A stretch of 64,000 bases of DNA from Chthoniobacterales bacterium (lineage in GTDB: Bacteria; Verrucomicrobiota; Verrucomicrobiia; Chthoniobacterales; Chthoniobacteraceae), in the NCBI GenBank assembly GCA_038207335.1, contig JBBQZX010000019.1, positions 1 to 64,000 of the forward strand, in the 5' to 3' direction. Numbering within the stretch: the stretch's first letter is position 1; the number at the start of each line of letters is the position of its first letter. Positions 29,175 to 37,114 of this stretch are shown here, one piece after another. The translations under genes and the position numbers were made by a program. The notes under the pieces were generated by a model, which made no database searches, was not told where the DNA came from, and saw only the letters and a program-made list of their open reading frames with translations.

Positions 29175-30395
29175 TTACTTCCTGCGGAGATCGACGGCGA
29201 CTAACTCACCGCGGGAATTGCGGCAATAGACCAAGCCATTCGCGAGCACCGGAGCCGTCCATGATTTTCCGCCGAGGATTTGTGCGCGGGCGGTTGGTTT
29301 GAAGCCTTCGATCGAGATCGGCGCGATCATCAGTTCTCCATTCGCAGCGAGAGCGATGATCTTGGCATCGGCTACGATGAGACCGCCCGTGCCGAAATTG
29401 GGTTCGGCCCACACTTGTTTGCCGGTCTCGATTTCGACGCACTTGAGTTCGCCCCGACCGCCAGTGTCGCCATCGGGACCGTAGAGATATTTGTCCACGA
29501 GGACGGCGCCGTTAAGTTGCGTGCGCAAGACCCGGCTCTTCCAAATGACGTCGGGCTCCCCATCGGCCGCGGCGCCCGGCTTGAACAAAGCGGCGCCTTT
29601 GCCGTAGCCGGATGAAATGAATGCTTTGTCGCCGTAAGGAATCGGGTCGGAAGCGTTGACGCCATATTGGGTCAGCCATTTCATGCGCCAGTTCTCCTTG
29701 CCGGTATCAGGCGCGACGGAGAGATAGGCTTCGCCGTTGGCAAACCAGACTTCAGTCTTGTCACCACGCATCACGGGAAACGGCGTGTTGTAGCCGGCAT
29801 CGCCTTCACCAGACTTCCAGACTTCCTTGCCGGTTTCTTTCTCCACCGCCAAGCCAGCTTCGCCGACATTCAGGATGAGGACATTTTTGTAAACGGTGGG
29901 TGCGCCCGCGAAACCCCAAGTGGGAACACGCGCCTCCGCTTCTTTTACGAGTTGGCGATTCCAAATTATTTTACCGGAGGCGGCGTCGAAGCAGTAGAGA
30001 TCGCCCCAGCGGCTGAGCCAGTAGAGGTGGTTGCCATCGAGAGTCGGTGAGCCAGTGGTGCCGCCTTCAAAGAATTTGTCACCGAGTTCGGCCGGGTAAC
30101 TCTGTTTCCAAAGCTCCTTCCCCGTCACAGCGTCGAAACAGAAGATGGTATCTGAACCGTCCGCGTGTCCGGCGGTGTAGGCTTTCCCATCCCCGACGAC
30201 GATGGAGGAGAAACCAAGGCCGACCGTTGCTTTCCAGGCGATTGGCGGGCCTTGATCTGGGAAGTGATCGAGCCAGCCCTTTTCCTGTGACATGCCATCG
30301 CGGTTGGGTCCGCGCCACTGCGGCCAGTCCTCGGCGCGGGCGAATTGCGACAGCGAGGCGGCGACAGCCAGGGGGAGGGTCAGATATCTTAACAT
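29175..30395 (-). CDS. PQQ-binding-like beta-propeller protein
   Basis: Signal peptide, DWPQWRGPNRDG, repeated C(F)DA.TGK..W blades. Confidence 0.88.
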   Translation of the reverse strand: MLRYLTLPLAVAASLSQFARAEDWPQWRGPNRDGMSQEKGWLDHFPDQGPPIAWKATVGLGFSSIVVGDGKAYTAGHADGSDTIFCFDAVTGKELWKQSYPAELGDKFFEGGTTGSPTLDGNHLYWLSRWGDLYCFDAASGKIIWNRQLVKEAEARVPTWGFAGAPTVYKNVLILNVGEAGLAVEKETGKEVWKSGEGDAGYNTPFPVMRGDKTEVWFANGEAYLSVAPDTGKENWRMKWLTQYGVNASDPIPYGDKAFISSGYGKGAALFKPGAAADGEPDVIWKSRVLRTQLNGAVLVDKYLYGPDGDTGGRGELKCVEIETGKQVWAEPNFGTGGLIVADAKIIALAANGELMIAPISIEGFKPTARAQILGGKSWTAPVLANGLVYCRNSRGELVAVDLRRK

Positions 30396-30436
30396 ACTCG
30401 TACTGTGTGTTGGGCGGAGGTCGGCGGCGTGCCCAA

Positions 30437-31840
30437 TCAAGTAATGATTTCTTTAATCGGGCCGCCTTCCTCCACCAGCTTCATGGTTCGTCCCAGCGTT
30501 TCCACTTTCATCTTTTTAGGGTCGAGGCCGACTTGATGCAGGATCGTGGCGTGCAGATCGCTGTAGTAATGCGGCGAATCCACGGCCTGGTATCCCACTT
30601 CATCGGTGCCGCCGTGAACGATGCCGCCCTTGATGCCTCCGCCGGCCATCCATGAGGTGTAACCCTTCGGATTGTGATCGCGCCCCGTCGTGTTCTGCGA
30701 CCAGGGAGTGCGGCCAAATTCACTCGTCCAAACCACCAGCGTTTCATCCAGCATCCCGCGCTGTTTCAAGTCCCTGATCAATCCAGCAATCGGCTTGTCT
30801 GTCGCATGGCAAAGTGGTCCGTGCGTTTTCATGTCGCCGTGGGAATCCCACGCGCCGTTGCCGCCGCCGGCATGACAAATCTGGATGTAACGCACTCCCC
30901 GTTCGGCCAGTCGGCGCGCCATCAACAGTTGTCTGCCGAATTCCTCCGTCTCTCTCTCGTCGATTCCGTAGAGAGCTTTCACATGTTCGGGCTCGCCCGA
31001 AAAATCCACCGCCTCCGGCGCGGAAAGCTGCATGCGCGCGGCCAATTCGTAAGCCTTCGCACGGGCTTGGATATCCGAATTGATCGCGTAACGTTCACGG
31101 AACTCCTGATTCATCGTTTGCAGGAATTGCATCTGCCGCTCGCGCTCGGTCCTCGATCCGCCTTTGGGCGGATAAAGATTCGGAATGGGTGTTTCGCCCG
31201 CCTGGAACGGAGTCGCGGCGACGGATGCGCCGAGGTAACCGCCGGTCAATTGCACCGGCGACGATGGCCGGCCGAGATTGACAAACGTCGGCAGATTCTT
31301 ATTGGCGCTGCCCAAAGCATAGGAAACCCAGCTTCCAAAAGTCGGATGATCAAAGGCCCGACCGCGATGGCCGGTCTGGGTTTCAATCACTGCCGGGAAA
31401 TGATTGCCCTCGTGGCTCCCCATCGAGCGGACGATCGCGATTTCATCGATCACACCGCCCACCTCGGGAAACCAATCGGAAACCGGAATGCCCGATTTCC
31501 CGTAGCGCGTGAAGGTGCGCAGGCTTGGAATCACCGGCCGTTGCATCGCGGCGAGATTGTCACCAAAGCCAATCGCATCGATAAGTTTTCCCGCCCACTT
31601 ATTGTCCTTGGGATCGAAGGTATCGATGTGGCTGACTCCGCCGCACATAAAGAGAAAAATCACCGACTTGGCTTTGGCCACGTGGTGTGGGCCAATCACA
31701 ACATCCTGGATTTCGCCCGCTTCCGCCCAAAGACCGCCGAGCGCGAGTCCTAGAAATCCGCCGCCGATCTGATGGATAAAGTCGCGCCGCGCCAGGCGTC
31801 CGCAGGGATAGAGTTCTGAAATCCGGGAGCTATTGGACAT
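30437..31840 (-). CDS. DUF1501 family protein
   Basis: RRDF Tat-like motif; AKSVIFLFMCGGVSHIDTFDPK; SEFGRTP; GRDHNP. Confidence 0.92.
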   Translation of the reverse strand: MSNSSRISELYPCGRLARRDFIHQIGGGFLGLALGGLWAEAGEIQDVVIGPHHVAKAKSVIFLFMCGGVSHIDTFDPKDNKWAGKLIDAIGFGDNLAAMQRPVIPSLRTFTRYGKSGIPVSDWFPEVGGVIDEIAIVRSMGSHEGNHFPAVIETQTGHRGRAFDHPTFGSWVSYALGSANKNLPTFVNLGRPSSPVQLTGGYLGASVAATPFQAGETPIPNLYPPKGGSRTERERQMQFLQTMNQEFRERYAINSDIQARAKAYELAARMQLSAPEAVDFSGEPEHVKALYGIDERETEEFGRQLLMARRLAERGVRYIQICHAGGGNGAWDSHGDMKTHGPLCHATDKPIAGLIRDLKQRGMLDETLVVWTSEFGRTPWSQNTTGRDHNPKGYTSWMAGGGIKGGIVHGGTDEVGYQAVDSPHYYSDLHATILHQVGLDPKKMKVETLGRTMKLVEEGGPIKEIIT

Positions 31841-34000
31841 AGAAAAACTCGTCCAGATTAAAGAGGAGCCAGGAAAGCTGTTTCAGCCGCGAGGCGTCGC
31901 TTTCAAGATATTCGAGCGCTGTGTTCCTTTCCCTAGTCGAAGGCGGACGCGAGAGCGTCACTCGATAGGCGAGATCGACCGACGACGGCAGATCGCCAGT
32001 AGTTTCCTTTTGCAAACGCGACGCCAAATCGGAGCAAACTTTATCCACGTCGGGGCTGTTCATCAAAAACAGCGCTTGGGGAGCCGTGACCGTTTGCGTG
32101 CGCAGAGAACAGGGCGCGCGACCGTCGTCCACATCGAACGTTTGCAGGAAATTTGGCGTCACCTCGCGGCTGGAAGAATATCCGCGCACCAGGTAGGCGC
32201 CGCGCCGTTGGAGATTCGCGTCGCTGCCGGCGAACGAGCGGCGACGACGATTTCCGCCGTCACCTTCACTTAAACTAAAAGATGGGCCGCCTACTTTCAA
32301 ATCCAGATCACCGGCCGCCGAGTGCATGGCATCCCAAATGGGTTCCGCTTCCAGACGCTGCAATCGAAAACGCCACAGAAGGATGTCGCTCGGGTCAATC
32401 TTTTGACTTCCCGCATATTCGTCGCCCGCCTCCGAAGTCCGCTGGTAAGCGTCGGAGGTGACCATCAACCGGTGCATCTGCTTCATGCTATAACCGCACT
32501 GCACAAACTCTGCGGCGAGCCAATCCAACAAAGCCGGATGTGATGGCTTGCCACCGAGTTCGCCGAAATCGCTCGTGGTCCTCAAAAGACCTTCGCCGAA
32601 GTGCCATTGCCATAAGCGGTTCACGGCTACTCGCGCGAAGAGCGAATTGTCCGGCGCGGTCAGCCAGTCCGCAAATGCCTCGATACGACCGTCGCGAAAA
32701 TCCGGTTCCGAAGTCGCAAAGGGCCAGCCTGGTTTGACTTCATGACTCGTTTCGGGACGCAAAGGATCGCCACTCGTCAGGATGTAACTCTTTTCCTGCG
32801 CGCGCATCCCATCCGCCTCCACGGTATAAAACACCGGCAGTCTCGGCCCGCGGCTTCCGGCAGTGGAACCTTCCGCATTTAATTGACTCTGCATTTCCTG
32901 GTATTTCCTGCGGGCCTCCTCGGGCATCGATTCGGTGAGCTTGTCGCCATCGATGCGCAGGATGGGGAAATAGTCGTCCGCAATTTTTTGCTCCTCGACC
33001 GTTCGCTGTTTCTCCGGCTTGCGAATGACTGCCTGCGCCTCGGGGGGCAGCATCAGCACGCGTTCCTCGTAGAGTTTCGCTTGGTAAGGCGCAGCAAAGT
33101 CGCTCACGGCCTTTTCCAAGGGCGCGCGTTTCTTCTCCGCTTCCGCCATCGCTTTTCCAGCAGCGATCAGGTCCGCCGAACTTGCGAGAGTGATCTTGCT
33201 CAGGACCAGCGGATCGAACAGCGCCTTCATCGCGTAGTATTCCTTCTGCGAAATCGGGTCATACATGTGGTCGTGACATTTCGCGCAACCCACCGTCATG
33301 CCCATGAACGCCGTCGAAACCGTTCGGTAGCATTGATCGCCAGATCCTGCGGATCCTCGCCAGTACCTCGCGCCAGGAGACCGAGGGCAAATTCATCGCC
33401 AGGTCGCGGCTCTTTGCGCGAACGATAACCCGTGGCCGACATTTGCGTGCGCTCATTGGCGCGGCGACCGGTGAGTTGAAGTTGCACAAACTGATCGTAA
33501 GGCACGTCGTCGTGCAGGGCGTTGATGACCCAGTCCCGCCACAAATAGATCCCGGGCGCTGCCGTCATCCGCTCATCTGCGTCCGCATAACGCAACACGT
33601 CCAACCAATGCCGCGCGTAACGGACCGCGTGCTGCTCATCGGCGAGAAGTCGATCGACCACTTTGTCGTAAGCGTCCGTCGAATCATCCGCCAGAAACGC
33701 CTCCTGCACTGCCGGCGACGGCGGAATGCCAACTAGGTCGAGATAGACGCGACGCAACAGTGATAGCTTATCCGCAGTGCCTACTGCTTTGAGTCCGCGA
33801 TGCCTGAGTTCCGCATTGATGAAACGATCGATCGGGTTGGCTTCGGGACCGTCCGGCAACGCGGGTCGCACGACCGGTTTCAACGACCACCAACCCTCGC
33901 CCTTGGCCTTATTGGTGGGCGTCTCGCCGGTTGCAGTCAAAATCGAAGCGCCGAGAAAAATGATCCAGAGCAAAGCTTGGTTTGGAATTTTTCGGGTCAC
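31830..34000 (-). pseudogene. DUF1549/DUF1553 protein with a 1-nt frameshift at ~33323
   Basis: NPIDRFI, RHWLDVLRYAD...DLAINATE | (T)VSTAFMGMTVGCAKCHDH, ARVAVNRLWQWHFG; GAA CG GTT lacks one A. Confidence 0.8.
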
Positions 34001-34506
34001 GAGATTGCCTCTACCATAGATGCCGCCATCGGTCCTTGGCGATCATTTGCTTGCTCCGACCGATCTGATGCGCGGCCGGGATTAAAAAACTGAACCAGTG
34101 GTGACGATCCAGTGCCGACGCTGAAGGTTTTCGCGCCGCCGCCGTCCCAAAGCCAGCGCGGGGAAGATGGACCGAAGCTACTTCAGATGCCGCCTGAAAA
34201 TGCATCTCGAATTCTCCCGACAGCGTCGGGCATTTCTCGACACACCATGTCAAATTTCCTGCCAAATACGTGGTAGGAAAGTGGCGGTTGATGGCGTCTT
34301 TTGGCGGACAAACACTAGGGCCGCGAAGATCACCACATCGCCCGCATGCCTGCTATTGCGGCGATTGGCGGACATTGACGCCAAAATGCCTCTTGATAAC
34401 TGGAAAGTTCGCCCCCTAGGCTCCACTTTCTTAACCGATCGGGTGCGAAGCGCGAACCGTTCGCCAACGAAGGTTGATCGGCTCGCGGTTGGTCGGTAAA
34501 AGCGAA

Positions 34507-34536
34507 CGGGGCTGGCGATTGGAATCGCCAACCCCG
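34507..34536 (-). terminator. Probable intrinsic terminator after the fasciclin gene
   Basis: CGGGGTTGGCGATT-cc-AATCGCCAGCCCCG followed by TTCGCTTTT on the minus strand. Confidence 0.65.
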
Positions 34537-34549
34537 CGCACAGAACATG

Positions 34550-35032
34550 TTACGGGATGAGAACGGTGTCGATGACGTGGATGACGCCGTTGCTCGCGGG
34601 GATGTCGGTCTTCACGACGTTGGCGGCACCGACGGTCACTTTTCCTGCATCGACCTTGATGGCCAATTCTTTGCCGTTCACCGTTTTGGCGTTCATGGTT
34701 TTCACATCCGCGGCCATGACTTTTCCAGCGATAACGTGGTAGGTCAGGATCGCCGTGAGCTTGTCCTTGTTCTCAGGCTTGAGCAGGCTATCGACCGTGC
34801 CTGCGGGGAGCTTTGCGAATGCTTCGTCGGTAGGTGCGAAGACGGTGAACGGCCCTTTGCCGCTCAGGGTATCAACCAAGCCGGCGGCTTTCACCGCGGC
34901 GACGAGCGTATTGAACTGGCCAGCGCCGGCAGCGACGCCGACGATCGTCTTCTCTTCCGCTGCGGAAAGATTGGAGGTGAGTATGGTTGACACCGTGGCG
35001 AAGGCCGCGGCGATGATGGCGAGTTTTTTCAT
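34550..35032 (-). CDS. Secreted fasciclin (FAS1) domain protein
   Basis: Signal peptide; [30 protein letters not shown]. Confidence 0.95.
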   Translation of the reverse strand: MKKLAIIAAAFATVSTILTSNLSAAEEKTIVGVAAGAGQFNTLVAAVKAAGLVDTLSGKGPFTVFAPTDEAFAKLPAGTVDSLLKPENKDKLTAILTYHVIAGKVMAADVKTMNAKTVNGKELAIKVDAGKVTVGAANVVKTDIPASNGVIHVIDTVLIP

Positions 35033-35440
35033 AGGTTTGTTGCTTTGTTTGTTTGTTTAGTTTCGAGGGACGATGATTCGTTCTCGTGGGAAGCCAAACG
35101 CTTCATGCCATGGAGGCGGGTGCGTTTTTATTTTGTGAAAATTCGCTCGGAATTCGCATCCAATTGCCTGCGCCGGGCGTTCGCGCGCAACGCGAGTTAG
35201 TCTGTCTGGCAGTCTTGGCGAATCTGCCCGGATTGTTCGCGAATCGCGGCTTTCTACTCTGTGGTGAGGCGTTGGAGATAGCGCACTTGCATGACGATGT
35301 GCTGGCTCTTCGCGAGTTCGACCTCGCGGCGCAGGAGGAAGTCCCGATTCAAAAAAATGCACTCCCGGAGGTATCCAGAGCAGGCGGAGCGGCGTATTCT
35401 CTTCTGTTCAACACCTTATCTCGCCAATTTTTCCGCTCCA

Positions 35441-36016
35441 ATGCTCAACGAATTCCTGCAAAACCAAGCCGCACTCTACGCGGCCGGGACAATGACGACG
35501 CAGGAGCGCGAGCAGTTTGAACTCGTCCTTGAATTTCAGCCTCAAGCCCGGGAACTGGTCGCCGGACTCGCGGAGATTGGAGCTGCGGTCATGCTGTCCA
35601 CCCAGCCACCTGCGAGCGCGGCGCCTTCGACGGGACTCAAGGAGCGCCTTTCTGCCCTGATCGCCGACCGCCCGCAGCATTCCACGCCCGTGGGCATGGT
35701 GATGTCCGGCCCGGATGGCCTCGTGCAGTGGATCAATCCTGCCTTCAGCGCGATGTGCGGATACACCCTCGAAGAGCTGCGCGGCAAGAAGCTCGGCCCG
35801 ATCTTGCAAGGCGTCGGGACCGATCGCGAAACGGCGGAGCGGATGCGTCGCGCTGTGCATGAAAACCGCCCGTGCAGCGAGACGATCCTCAATTATCATA
35901 AGGACGGCACGCCATACTGGGTCGAGGTCGCCATCACGACGATCCTCGATGACGCGGGTCAGCCCCTCTGGCTCGTCGCGCGCGAACGCGAAATCACCGA
36001 CTGCATCGCGGCGTAA
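35441..36016 (+). CDS. Putative soluble anti-sigma factor: RskA-like N-terminal domain fused to a PAS (LOV-like, Cys-less) domain
   Basis: N-terminus AALYAAGTMTTQEREQFELVL...ARELV.GLAE...APSTGLKERL; C-terminus WINPAFSAMCGYTLEELRGK..PILQG..TD...NYHKDGTPYW; no transmembrane helix. Confidence 0.7.
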   Translation: MLNEFLQNQAALYAAGTMTTQEREQFELVLEFQPQARELVAGLAEIGAAVMLSTQPPASAAPSTGLKERLSALIADRPQHSTPVGMVMSGPDGLVQWINPAFSAMCGYTLEELRGKKLGPILQGVGTDRETAERMRRAVHENRPCSETILNYHKDGTPYWVEVAITTILDDAGQPLWLVAREREITDCIAA

Positions 36017-36024
36017 GCGGCGCG

Positions 36025-36600
36025 CTAGAGTTCGGGGCCGATCACGTCCTTGAGCTTCGACATTCCGCGGCGAATCCGAGCCTTGATCGTGCCGAGCGGT
36101 TCGCCGAGGCGCTCGGCGATCTCCGTTTGCGTGAGGGAGGAAAAGAACGCGAGCTCGATGGCCTCGCGCTGGTCTTTCGAGAGTTTTTGAATCGCCTCGC
36201 GGACCAGCTTGCTCGTCTCTCCCGATGCGACCGCATCGAAGGAACTTCGGTCGTCGAACTGCTCAACCGTCTCCGACTCGCGCTGCATGTCGTCCTGCAG
36301 GCGGCTCCGGCGCTGCGTCGAGCGCAGACGGTCGATGGCCTTGTTGCGGGTGAGGGTGACTGCCCACGTGATCGGCTTGCCGCGGGTCGGGTCGTAGAGC
36401 GGTGCCTTTTCCCAAATCTGGATGAACGCATCCTGGAGCACATCCTCTGCGGCTTCCTGATTGTTCACCACGCGGTAAGCGATGGAAAACAGCACGCCCG
36501 AAAAGCAATCGTAAAGCTCCTCGAAAGCCCGCCGGTCACCCTGCGCCACCCGACGCAAAAGCGCGATCTCGGCTTCGAGTTGCTGGGGGTCGGGTTCCAT
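36025..36600 (-). CDS. ECF sigma factor, SigK-like
   Basis: GDRRAFEELYD, AEDVLQDAFIQIW, YDPTRG, RNKAIDRLR, ELAFFSSLTQTEIAERLGEPLGTIKARIRRG. Confidence 0.9.
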   Translation of the reverse strand: MEPDPQQLEAEIALLRRVAQGDRRAFEELYDCFSGVLFSIAYRVVNNQEAAEDVLQDAFIQIWEKAPLYDPTRGKPITWAVTLTRNKAIDRLRSTQRRSRLQDDMQRESETVEQFDDRSSFDAVASGETSKLVREAIQKLSKDQREAIELAFFSSLTQTEIAERLGEPLGTIKARIRRGMSKLKDVIGPEL

Positions 36601-36785
36601 GAGCGCCGAGAATGGTGGAACCAAGGCGTGCCAACAATACAAACCGGGTTTGCCTCCGCCGCGGCTCGGGAGTCGTTCCGTGCTTCAGCCGGCCGAGGGA
36701 TGAACGATGTGAATTTGAGGCGTCTGGTCTGCAAACGCAGACGTTTCGCATCCGTGACATACGGCACAAAACCAAATCCAATTCC

Positions 36786-37001
36786 ATGAAACCCGCCCAA
36801 CTCAAACTGCTCAGCAATCTCTGCTTCATCCTCGGCTTTGCTTCCATCTTCGGCTCGATCGCCATCTGGTTTCTCACCGGGGGGCAGGCCATCGACACTC
36901 AGGCGCACGCTGAGCGATTCGGCATCTTCGTCGGTCTCTGGGCACCCACGTTCTTCATCCTCTCAAATCGCTTCGACCGCTACGCGGAAAAAGTGGGCTG
37001 A
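36786..37001 (+). CDS. Small two-helix membrane protein
   Basis: 71 aa; hydrophobic segments flank AHAERFGIFVGLWAPTFF; A/C-rich leader. Confidence 0.75.
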   Translation: MKPAQLKLLSNLCFILGFASIFGSIAIWFLTGGQAIDTQAHAERFGIFVGLWAPTFFILSNRFDRYAEKVG

Positions 37002-37114
37002 CCTTTCCCGACGTGACTCCTCCGTCGTTGACCCGCGTGCTCAGTTTCCAAAACGGCGGCGGCGTTTTGCATTGGAGTAGTATGGCTGGCGCGTGCCAAG
37101 TTCCCCTCTCGTCT

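Larger units (their letters stand above)
24566..34427. mobile_element. Genomic island integrated at the tRNA-Ala 3' end; no intact integrase visible
   Basis: Perfect 16-bp direct repeat CCCCCTAGGCTCCACT at 24566-24581 and 34412-34427; several broken genes inside. Confidence 0.8.

Noticed and set aside
34011..34410. Integrase remnant next to the right att site
   Set aside because: No tyrosine- or serine-recombinase motif could be read in any frame.
35033..35060. (TTTG)n microsatellite before the fasciclin gene
   Set aside because: Only about four units; reads as an unstructured A/C-rich translation leader on the coding strand, like the one before 36786.
35255..35353. Possible 32-aa minus-strand ORF (LNRDFLLRREVELAKSQHIVMQVRYLQRLTTE)
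   Set aside because: TTG start, very short, no recognisable family or supporting signal.
35441..36016. Canonical LOV blue-light photoreceptor
   Set aside because: The GxNCRFLQ cysteine and the conserved distal Gln are absent, so it is called only LOV-like PAS.
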